A stretch of DNA of 64,000 bases. It comes from Cyanophora paradoxa CCMP329 (taxonomy: Eukaryota > Plantae > Glaucophyta). The translations under genes were made by a program, and so were the position numbers. The stretch is from assembly GCA_004431415.1 (NCBI GenBank), contig QPMI01000709.1, positions 271,254 to 335,253 on the forward strand, read 5' to 3'. A model generated the notes under the pieces. The model was not told the DNA's origin. It did no database searches and worked only from the letters and a program-made list of their open reading frames with translations. Below, piece by piece: positions 31,566 to 42,100 of this stretch (the stretch's first letter is position 1; each line of letters opens with the position of its first letter).

Positions 31566-32496
31566 ATGATTCGGCTGGTCAATATAGATAGCAGAGACCG
31601 ATCAGATGGACAAATAGAAAACTCCTACAAAGTTGCACTCACAACCCCAGTGACCAAACCAAGAGAATGTCGAGTTTTGTATGCAGAAATCCCCAACAGC
31701 ATCTATAACTCCATTGGAACAGATCACCTTCTTGTCAGATTCTACTACCAAGGCATCTCTGAAACCAAGCAGGTCTTCCTTCTCCAAGTGGTTATATTAA
31801 TCAAGGGCATTTCGGGGTCACCAGTCCATATAATTATGGTCTGAATTTCACATTTACTGGGAGCAACAATCTCACATATGCATTCAAGGTCTACTACAAT
31901 CCTACCTCCTACAAATTAGAGTTTTACAGTAATGTTCAATTCGAGATGGTAGCATCTACACAGAGATTGGGTAAACTTCTTGGGGTGAGTTCTGTTGACT
32001 GGGTCGCTTCATTAGAGCAGAACTACGATTTCCCAGAGTCTGCAAGGTCTTTATATGCCCCCGAGAATTTCCTCTATTTTGCAGGAATCCCAATCACCCC
32101 AAACCATCCCCAATGGGGAATCACATTCACAGGATATGAATTCGAGGCATCTCGCTTAAACTACAAGTTAGAAGCATCCAAGATGACAGACATGAATGCA
32201 GAACAGTATTTATACATGCACATTAAAGAACTCTCCCCATTTGCTACAAACCACAATATTGTCCAAGATCACAACCACAGAATCAAGGGGCGATTCTCAG
32301 ATTGCAATTGAGTAAAGATATTGGACAGTATGTTTATCACAGTGGAGAGCACAGTGAATACATAAAAATAACCGATCGAAACCTTGTGATTAGAGAGTTA
32401 ACAGTTGAGTTTCGAGATTATTATGGTGATCTTGTTGATATGAATGGAATAGACAACTCATTCCAGTTGGAGTTCTTGGCTATTGGTAATGATTAA
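31566..32496 (+). CDS. Minor capsid protein (penton) 2, with two frameshifts
   Basis: N-terminal NIDSRDR...AEIPNS.YN and C-terminal L.V.FRD..G..VDMNG.D.SF.LEF; the frames join near 31775 and at the G-run near 32290. Confidence 0.75.
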
Positions 32497-32746
32497 ACCG
32501 ATCCTGATAGAAAAACTCCCCATCTGTCTCGAAAATATTAAGAAGGGGACTCTTAGCATCCTCTGTATACCATCGGCGAATTGTATTATCCCATTTAGCA
32601 CCATTCTTTTTCAAGAATCTACAAAGAGTTGATCTCCTTGTAATTCGCAATCCCATCTCTTGAAAGATCTCATAATGATCTTGCATTCTATTCACAATCA
32701 AGATGTAAGTCCCATGGAAATTGTGATATTGCTGGTTAATCGGCAT
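32480..32746 (-). CDS. Hypothetical protein with a DUF5710-like K..GA.WD...R.WY motif
   Basis: LKKNGAKWDNTIRRWY. The start is placed at MPINQ, downstream of an AAAAATGAC motif. Confidence 0.55.
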   Translation of the reverse strand: MPINQQYHNFHGTYILIVNRMQDHYEIFQEMGLRITRRSTLCRFLKKNGAKWDNTIRRWYTEDAKSPLLNIFETDGEFFYQDRFNHYQ

Positions 32747-32794
32747 GTTTCCTTTACAGCATGATGGGAAATCGTTTGTCATTTTTTTGGCGAA

Positions 32795-34147
32795 ACGAGA
32801 GTATCTCATGAGATAGATGAGAGAATAACAGGTGTGTTTTCAGGGTTGGAGAAATCGGAGAAACATAGAGTATTGCGATTTCCGAGTTAGTTGACACTGA
32901 GAAATTCAGAATTTCAGATGGTCTTACTGAAAATGGTCAGATAATCGGGTGTGACACCTATTTAATTGACTGTGACGCCTGTGACAGGTGTGACACCTAT
33001 TTTCAAACTTTTTAAAATTCTCACAAATTACAGACTTCTGAAAACACCTGTCACACCTGTCACACCCGTCACACCCAATTAACAAAAGACTCTATTTCTT
33101 ACTGAGATATTCAAGAATTTATTGTTGTCTTACTGAAAACAGTCTATGTGACAGGTGTGACACCTTCAAAATCCACCCAACAATAGTCGATTTCATGAAT
33201 ACCTTTCTGTCTTACTGAAAATGGTAAGGAGACCAGGTGTGACAGGTAGTTTAATTGAGTGTGACAGGTGTGACAGGTGTGACACCTATTTTCAAACTTT
33301 CTAAATTTTTCAAAAATGACAGACTTCTGAAAACACCTGTCACACCTGTCACACCTGTCACAGACATTCTACCCTCTTACTGACTTTCTCAAAAACAAAT
33401 ATATCTATTACTGAATATCATTTGAATACTACCTGTCACACTTGAATTCAATTATTCTGTTTTATAGAACATATGCAATCTAATCGATTGTTCAATTGGA
33501 GACCATGCAACTCTGTGACACTTTTTCGATCTAAAATATAAATCCGCAATCTCATCGATTGTTTAATTGGACATAATGCAGTTCCGATATATTCCAATAG
33601 AAAATCCCGCAATCTAATCGATTGTTTAATGGGAGATAATGCAACTCTGTGACACTTTTTCGGTGCAAAAATGTACATCAGCAATCTCATCGATTGTTCA
33701 ATTGGACACAATGCAACTCTGTGACACTTTTTGCGTTTTTCGATACAGAATGGGCGGTGGTCTACTTCAATACATGAGAGATATATCGAGTTTATGCGAA
33801 TTTATGCAATTTAATCGCAATTATATCGATCTTTAAGCAGTTTAATGTTAATCTATCGCAGATTTGTATGTAAACAACAAAGTACATAATCAATCGATAT
33901 AAGATCAATTGAATCTATCGAAGTTTAATCGAAAATATGCATTTTGGTAAACGCGTTTTCATTTTTAATACAAAGTTTGCATTATTTTATACAAAGTTTG
34001 CATAAAAAGTTTAAGAAATTAATCGAAAAATATGTATTTTAGTATTAAATTAACACATATTGAAAAACGAATTTAAATCCAGAGTGAATCGAGATCGCGA
34101 AGCGATCGAGATGAACGAGGGATTTAAATTCGTTTTTCAATATGTGT
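32795..34147 (-). repeat. Right terminal inverted repeat (1353 bp)
   Basis: Reverse complement of 7315-8677. Confidence 0.95.
34053..34147 (+). other. Right terminal 95-nt hairpin (G.A-paired strand)
   Basis: Arms 34053-34080 / 34120-34147, linkers AGAGTGAATCGA / GAGATGAACGAG, and cap GATCGC-GAA-GCGATC. Confidence 0.95.
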
Positions 34148-34153
34148 GAAATG
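34148..34153 (+). other. Right target-site duplication GAAATG
   Basis: Matches 7309-7314. Confidence 0.95.
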
Positions 34154-34608
34154 ATGTCCCCCGGATCGATGTCGTCGCCGCGCTTCCAGCTGCAGGCGCA
34201 GGCGTCAGCGATGGGCGCCGCTGGCGCCGGCTTCGCCCCGTTCACCGCCGCCCGTGGGCCCGCGCCCGGGCCCGCGCCCGGCAATGCCTTCTTCGCGGTG
34301 GCCACGGCCACGGGACCCTCGGAGGGTGGGGGTGCGGGGGATCTCGATCTCAACTCGAACTCGCCCCACGCTTTCTTCTACGAGCTCGAGGTCGACCCGA
34401 ACATCAATCCGGAGGCGGCGGCTGCCGCGACCGCGGCGGGCCTCGCGATCGGGATGGACATCGGGGGCGGATCTGGAGCATACGGAGGGCCGAACTCGAA
34501 CGTCAACGCCGCCTCGGCGGCGGCGGCGCTGCAGCAGGCGCAGCTGCAGCTGCAGGCGCAGGCGCAGGCCCAGGCGCAGGCGCAGGCGCAGGCGATTGCG
34601 ATAGCAGC

Positions 34609-34657
<49 letters not shown>

Positions 34658-35490
34658 TTACAGTCGATATCTATGCACATTCAGCAGCAGCAGCAAATGC
34701 AACAATTGCAAATTAATATTCAACAGCAGCAGCAAATGCAGCAGCACACATATAGGGGCCCGGGCGGCGGCGGAGGCGGCGTAAGAGAAACGGGAGCTCG
34801 AGCTCGAGGCAATATCGATGGGACGGGTCACGTCTACGGCTCGTTGCAGATGGGCGGCTCGACGGGCGCCGGCGCCGTTCATGTTGGGGAGAGCCGCGCC
34901 CCCGCGACATCCGGGGGATCCCTCGAGCTCCACAGCCCCTACGACCGCCCCCGCGATACGTACACTGATCGCGGGCACCCCCACTCGGTCCGCTACGGGC
35001 CGCCTGTGCATGCGGGGGCCGGGGCCCGCATCCGTCCTGGCCCCCGGTACCCGCCCCCGCCCCATGCATTTGGGCAGCTGCAGTCGGGGCCGGGGTCCGG
35101 GGCGGATCCGGAGGCGGGGGCGCCGGGGCCGCGGGTGTACCGGCCGCGGCGCCCCGTGGAGGTCATCCAGGCGGAGCTGACGGAGCGGGAGGACCAGGTC
35201 CGGGCCCTCCGCCGCGAGGTCCGCCCCGGCCCCCCGCTCCCCCGCGCGCCTCTTCTGATCTGTCATTGGTCTGATCGAGTGGCGTGAACGTTAACGCCGG
35301 GGCGCGCGCTCGCAGCTTGCAATCGCGCAGCGGCACAAGAAGCGGGAGGACGCGGCGGAGGCGGCCGCCCGGCTCGCCGCGGCCGCCCATGGCCAGCTCG
35401 CGATATCGGGTCCCGGGGGGCAGCTCGAGGGTGCCCCCGGGTTCCCCGGCGGTGGCCTTGCAATTGGAGGTGCGGACTCGCTTTCGGGCC
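34148..35490 (+). CDS. 3' part of the interrupted host polyQ/QA-rich gene
   Basis: The frame continues EM-MSPGSM...; contains QA repeats, (CAG)15 at 34610-34654 and a coiled-coil-like ELTEREDQVRALRRE. The 3' end is approximate. Confidence 0.6.
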
Positions 35491-36788
35491 TAGGCCTGCA
35501 GCTGCAGGTGCAGGTGCCGGACGAGGTCGACCACGTGGGCTTAGGCGCCTGCCTCGAGGTCCACTCTCATGCACAAGACCAACTCGAGCTCGCGATCGAC
35601 AGCTGATCGCAACATCGATATCGATCCGGCGAGGGCGGCAGCGGATCCCCGGACCGGGCGACCGGCCCCGCGGCCGGGGGCCGCTGGCCGTCGGTCGTGA
35701 TCAGCCGCGGGCACCGACGCCCCCCCGCGGATCCCGGATGTGGAGGCCGTTTGCCGACATTAATTCTCTAGGTTCATACAGCTAATGTATACGTAGTACT
35801 AGTCTTGCTCATGATCAGCTGCAAATGTCTTTTTTTTGCTCGATCGATATATATCCCTGATCATGATCATCGGATGTGCGATAGTACTTCGCTGTTTCAT
35901 TTCCCTATCGTTCTAGAAATTTTAAGCTGCATATCATAGTATGGCCATGCATATGGCCCAGTGGCTTCTCTTAATACTCTGAGAGTTTCCGAGTTCGAAT
36001 TCGTATGATCGATAGTAATATTAGTCTGCGTGTTATCGTTTCTTCATGATCAAACCATGTGACTCAGTGAGTGCACATATCTTGATTTGCAGATTTGGAG
36101 CTGTTATACTGTGATGAATTTCAAGTCAGCCTGCCTAGTGGCAGATTAAATTAGCATTCGATATTTCGCATTATTCATTGTCGGATCTGCGCATGCGAGT
36201 CTTGTTGATTCAGCCGAATACCTCAGCAATACTATGCATATCATAGTATGATACATACAGTAATTATAATACGCTTGCAATACCGTGACAGTGACAGTTG
36301 CATTTGGCTCCGTGACAGTTGCATTTGACAGTGACAGCTTCCAGGCTAGCAGTAAATTCAAACGGACCCCATTTCGAATTCTCCATCATATGCAGAAAAT
36401 TTAGATGCTAGCGCAGCGCCCTCACAGTAGTACGGTACGGCAGCCTGCGGGGCGCCGCAGTGCAGCTGGCCGGGCCCAATTGCAGGCTCTAATGGCAGTC
36501 TCTAGCCTCAAATTTCAAGTTTATTAAATAGCCACTGTGTTAGTGAGCCACAGTCTAGGCCTGGTTGCCGCCATAGTATTGAGCATGCAGTGTCGAATTC
36601 GTTGATTCATGATTTCGTGTTTCGTCTCACTGATCATGAGTCAGACTCAGAGATATCCCTCAGGGCGTTGCACTCTCGGGGAGCTCGAGCTCGAGGTGCC
36701 ACTGATCATGATAATGATATGCACCTCGCAATCGGGCGCGGCTGGGGATTTTCAAAGCCGACAGCGTACGCTTGCATACAGTAGAGGC

Positions 36789-38650
36789 TCATAGGAACAG
36801 GAGGGCCACGTCTTCCGGGGCCAGGGTAGCCCACGGCGGGGACGCGTACAGGTAGTAGTGCAGGGGTACGCCCTCCTCCCGCGCCCCGCACGCCTCCAGG
36901 GCGCCCCGGGCGGCACCAACGGGTACCCCCTCGTAGATGTCCGCCCCGGCCTGCGCGATCGCACGCGGCTCTCACTGATTCGGCGAGGAAAAGGGGGAAG
37001 GGTAGGGGGGGGGGGGGGGAGGGGGGGTGGCGCACGCGGCGGGCGAGGACGAGGGCGGCCGCCACGAGGGCAGCGGGGGTACGCGAGCCGGGGAGGAGGT
37101 GCCACTGGGAGGCCACCCTCGCGCCCCGCCCCGGAGGGAGTACACGTAGAACGAGACCTGCGGGGGGGGGGGGGGGGGGGGGGGGGGAAGCACGGATGAG
37201 GCTTCGGGAAAGCAAGTAAAAAAAAAGGAGAATTAGGGGAGTGGATGGGGGTACCAGATCGGAAATGTCGCCGGGCCCGGGCCCGTCGGCGACGTACGAG
37301 AAGAGGAGGCCGGGGCGGGGTACGAGGGCGTGCCGGGCCTCCTCGGGTCGATGCAGGGCGGGGGCGACGCGCACCGCCCCCAGCGCGCGGGCGGCGAGGC
37401 GGGCCGCCCCGGGTACGTCGTCCTCCGTCATCTCCCGCAGGCCCCAGGCCGCCGAGTCGTCCGCGGCGGGGGCGCCGGGGGCGGAAGCCGCCTGCAATCC
37501 TCGCACCCGGAGCAGCCTGAAGAAGCAAGGGAGTGAGCGGGCAAGGGAGAACTCCGGAAGGGGAAGGGAGGGAAGAGGGGCGGACCGTACGGAGAAGGCG
37601 GGGCCGGGGAGGAGGGCGGCGGTGGCGGCCATGGCGACCGCCGAGGACGCCACTGGGGCGCGGCGGACCACAATTAGAACGGGGCGAGGCGAGGCTTGCA
37701 AGAAAACGGGGTGGGACGGGGCGGGGCGGTGCGGGCGCGGAGGCACGGAGCTTGGCGGCGCAGGCCGTGGCGATGGCGGGGCGGGACGAGGGGGTTGGGG
37801 GGGGAGGGGTGGGATGGGGTGGGGTGGAGGCGGATCGGCGTGGCGGGACGGGACGGGGCGGGACGGGGCAGCTCGCTGGGGCTAGATATCGACGGGCTGG
37901 AGCACTGGCGGGGCGGGGCGGGCGGGGCGGGGCGGGGCGGGCGGGGGCGTACCCCCCGGGAGGAGACGAGGCGGCGGCGGAGCTCGCGGAAGAGGACGGG
38001 CGCGAGGCGCTTGCCGCGCAGCGCCGAGTGGACGGCCAGCAGCGTCCCCTCCACCGCCCCGCCTCCTCGCCCCGCACAAGCACCCGCTGCATCGGATCGA
38101 ACCGGGAGCTCAGCGGCGGGGCGGGGCGGGCGGGGCGGGCGCCAGGCCGGGCGGGGCGGACGGTGGGCATGGCGGCGGCGTAGGCGACGAGGCCGCGCTG
38201 CGCGTGCCGCACGCCCACGCTCACCGCCGGCGCCCCGGGCCGCTCCAGGACCCACCTGCGCGCGATCGCACTTCAAGCAGACCGCGCCAGCGCACGCGGC
38301 TTCGTGCAAGCGCACCGAACGAAGTCCGAAGTCACATCGAACCCGACGTAGTGCTCCTGCGACCGGGCGCGTTCAGCGGGGCGCTCGGCGGGCGCGGCGC
38401 TGTGGGCCGGCCGGGCGGACCGAGAGGAAGGAGCAGAGCTCGGCGAGGGCGGCGGCATCGGCCCAGTCGACGTCCTCCCACGCGAAGCGCGGCGGGAGGG
38501 GCGTCGGCGCGTCGCCCTCGCGCTGCGCGAAGCCCTCCGCCGAGGCGGACGACCAGAAGCCCGCCGCCCCCGCCACCGCGCCGGCGATCGGGCGCACCGA
38601 CGGTGCTGTGGCTGCAGAAGCTAAGAGAACACTCGCACGTGCACGGAGCG
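36789..38650 (-). CDS. N-myristoyltransferase-like protein (spliced, divergent)
   Basis: LP..F.W..VD......L.EL..FL..HYV, LAVHS.LRGKRLAPVL.REL.RR, GLREM...DV, SYV......I.DLVSFY and C-terminal LHYYLY......LAPEDVALLFL*. The 5' end is approximate. Confidence 0.8.
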
Positions 38651-39125
38651 TGCCACGGTGCGCCGAGCGTGCACCGGCAGTAGCTGAGCTGGCTCGAGCT
38701 CGCCGCGGGTTCGACTCCGGTCCGGGTTCGGCCCAAGCTTAGGTTCCGCCGCGCCCGCGTGTGCGCGGCCGCGGCCGGCCGCGGCAGCTGCAGCTTGCAG
38801 CCGCTGAGCTGCAGGCGACGCGATCGCGAGTCGCGACAGGCGCATGCGCAGCTGCAGGCATGGAAATTCATGGGCCCCCGAATACGAATTTGAAGCCTTT
38901 GAAGGACGTCGCGCGCGCGTCGACGTCGACCATGGCCAAGGCCGAGGGAGAATGGTGCGGCTGGCGCTAGCGCTGCGAGCCTACGACGTCCGACGGTCGA
39001 CGCGAGATATGCACTACAATATATACACTCAGAGCTGTGACTGCAATATTTAGCGGGACTGGGAGAGGGGCCGGGGGATTGGGGGGACGTGATGGGGGCG
39101 TACAGCGACGAGGGCGCGCGCCGGC

Positions 39126-42100
39126 TCAGGGGGCGAAGATGCCGGTGGTGCCGCGGCGGACGAAGAGGCTGCGGCGGGGCGCGGGGGCGCCGGCCGAGGC
39201 CGAGGCGGAGAGGTGGAGGGGGAGGAGGCCCTTGTTGGGCCCCCCCTCGTGCGGCGGCTCCTCGTCCGTCCGCGGGCTGTCGTACCCCCCGAGGCCCTCC
39301 GCCGCGGAGGCGCCCGAGCTCGAGGGCTCGGAGGGGGATACGCTGTTCAGGAGGGAGACGGCGGTGGAGAGGGAGGAGAGGGAGAGGGACGAGGAGGCGG
39401 AGCCCAGGCGGGGGGCCTTCTGCCCCCCCTCCCCGCGCTGCCGCCCGCCCGCGTCAAGCTCCCGCGTCCACCGGGGGAGCGGTCTCCGAGGGCAGGGGGG
39501 GGGGGGGGGCGAACGAACCTTCTCCCACTCGACGAGGATCTCCTGGAGAGCGGTCTCCTCGCGGAGGCGCCGCGGCACCGGCTGCACGACCTGCGCCCCG
39601 GCGGCGTCAGCGGCACAGACAGGATCAAAGCGTGAAGAGAGCGGGGCGGGGCGGGGCGGGGCGGGCCTGCTCGAGGAAGAACTTGAGGGCGAAGATGGTG
39701 TGCTCGACGGTGACGATGAGGAAGAGCTTCCAGAAGCGGCTGTAGCGCGTCCCCAGCGACGAGAAGAACTCGTCGATCTGCGCCGGCGAGGCGCGCGGCC
39801 ACGGGCTCAGCTGGCGGCTGGCGAGGGGTCGGCCCTAGGCTCCAAGGCTCGGGCCTCGGATGGCGGCCGGCCGGCAGCATGCGTGCGCCCACCCTCCTCC
39901 CCCTTGCTAGGGCTCCGAGGGCGGGCGGGGCGGGGCGGACGGTGGTGGAGACGAAGCAGATGAGGAGGACGTTGGTGATGATGGAGACGTTCGTGAGGAG
40001 GCGCAGCATCGTCAGCCACGAGCCGATGTCCCGCGCCGCCGTCTGCTGCGCATCAGAGGCGGCGGGGCGGGCGGGGCGGGCGGGAGGGGGGGAGGGGGCG
40101 GGGCGGACGACGCGGGGCCGCTGCTGGACGCCCAGGAGCTGCGGCGCGAGGGGCGAGGTCAGAGGCTGGGCGGGGCTCCCTTAACGCGCGCGCGCGTGCG
40201 GGCGGGCGGCGCCGGATATTACGGGCGGGGGTGCTGGTGCTATCGCCTTGGCCTAGCGCGAGGGCGCGGGCGGGGGGCGGGCCTTCATGGCGTCGGTGCG
40301 GATCTCGATGACGTTGTTGAGCCAGGCGAGGAAGGCGGCGAGGGGAAGCCCGCCGCGAAGAGGACGACGTACCCGAACTGCAGCACCTGCGGCCGGCGCG
40401 TGAGCAGAGGAGGCGAAGGAGCAGCGCTCACAAGATGCTTGGACGGGGGGTACGCGCCATCTCGCGGTACTCGTCGAAGAGGGAGGGCTCCTGGAGGCTC
40501 CCCTCCGCCTCCGTCTTGGAGGGCCGCAGCACGCCCCCCGCGGCCGCCGCAGAAGAGAGCACCAGCGAGCGGCGCCGCGAGGAGGCGAGGAGGTCGCCCC
40601 CGGAGGCGGAGGCGGAGGAGCGGAGGAGGGCGGCGCGGGCGCGGCGGTAGAGGGTCGTCGCGTTCGCCCGCACGAAGGGCACCAGCACCTCGAACACGTT
40701 CCCTGGGCGGGGGGGGTCGGGGTGAGGAAGAGCCGGCGGGCGTCCCCTCAAGCCTAGCAAGCGGTCCTAGCCAAAGGGGCAACAGCCGGAAAGAGGGGAG
40801 GCTAGGCCAGGGGTTACCGAGGAGGATCTGGAAGAGCATGATGGAGCCGAGCTGGCGCGACAGCTCATACCTGCGGCGGGGCGGCCGGCGGCGCTCAGAG
40901 TTGACAGGAGCACGCAATCAGCCATCAGCCATCTTGGTGCAGCGACCCGAGCCGTCTTGGGCCGTCTAGCGCTAGCCTGGCGGGCGAGGGAGGGGGGTCT
41001 CGCACATGCAGTTGGGGGGCGCCCCCTCCTCCACCGAGAGGCACCGCTGCTCGTACCCCAGGATCGACACCTGGAAGAACTGCAGGGGGGGAGGAGTCAG
41101 GGGGAGGCGGAATCCGAATCGGAGGGAGTCGATCACGTGCCTTGACGAAGGCGATGTAGAAGTACGCGATCTGCGAAGGGAGCGGCGGCGGGCGGGGGTG
41201 TGAGCGCGGGAGGGAGGCGGTTGCAGCGGCGGCGAGGAAACAAGCGCCCGGCCGGCGCGGGTGGCACAAGCACGGAGACGACGGAGTTCGAGGGTGAAAG
41301 GGAAAAGGGGCGCGGGCGGGGGCGGGCGGGCGCACGTAGTTGTTGACGAACTCGAAGATGAACATCTTGTTCACGAAGGAGCGCTCGTACGCGCTCTGCC
41401 CCCGGTCGCCAGCGAGGTCAGCGAGGTCTAGAGAGCAAGCGGGCCCCCCCACGCCCGCTTCTGGGCGCTTCTTCTTCTAGAGAGCGGGCGGGGGCCCCCA
41501 GGGCCCCGCACCTTGAAGCGGTGGTTCTCGTGGTCGGTGAGGCGCGAGGCGAGGCCCATGTACAGCGTGCTCATCGTCTCGATCGCCAGAACGCTGCGGG
41601 GAGTGAGGAAAGGGAAGGGTGGGGTGTGGGACGGGGCGGGGGGTGGGGCGCACAAGGAGAGGCCCCCCGCGACGGCGGCGACGAGGGGGCCGTGGCGGGC
41701 GTGGAGGTAGGAGCGCAGCACGAGGAGCACCAGCGTCGCGCACACGCACGCCAGCACCTGCCCCGGCCCCGTGCGCGGTGAGCTCAATCGGGGGGCGGGG
41801 CCACCTCCTCCGCCCCTCCTCCCTCCTCCCCCTCGGGGCCGCTCACCGAGGCGGCGATGGCGGCGTAGTTGACGAGGCGGACGCCCCAGCCGAGCCGCGA
41901 GGCGAACCGGTTCGTCCACACGTGCGCCGGGAAGCGCTGCCGGCGCCGGCGCCGGGCGATCGGTGAGACCAAGCGGGGGTCCCTGTCCCTTGGCCTGGGG
42001 CGGCACCTGCTTGATCTGGGCGAAGACGCGGGAGCGCTCCGGGGCGGCCAGGTCCACCCAGTCCATCGTCGGCGTGTAGAACCCCGCCCGCTCCTCGTCC

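Larger units (their letters stand above)
7315..34147. mobile_element. Complete endogenous Polinton-like virus (integrase + pPolB type), 26,833 bp
   Basis: Sharp drop in GC, intron-free dense ORFs, long TIRs, 6-bp TSD, and genes for rve integrase, pPolB, SF3 helicase, packaging ATPase, MCP and pentons. Confidence 0.95.

Noticed and set aside
12601-32496. Viral genes as decayed pseudogenes or programmed frameshifts
   Set aside because: Nearly all breaks are repaired by adding one base to a short homopolymer, I saw no in-frame stops, and the essential host gene UTP10 shows the same defect. Sequencing error is the simpler explanation; polishing would settle it.
7315-34147. Bona fide virophage (Lavidaviridae) or classic Maverick/Polinton
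   Set aside because: No cysteine protease ORF is recognisable, and the MCP and pentons look PLV-like. Exact placement needs HMM searches.
7315-34147. Contaminant or chimeric contig
   Set aside because: The perfect TSD and the host reading frame continuing across the junction indicate genuine integration.
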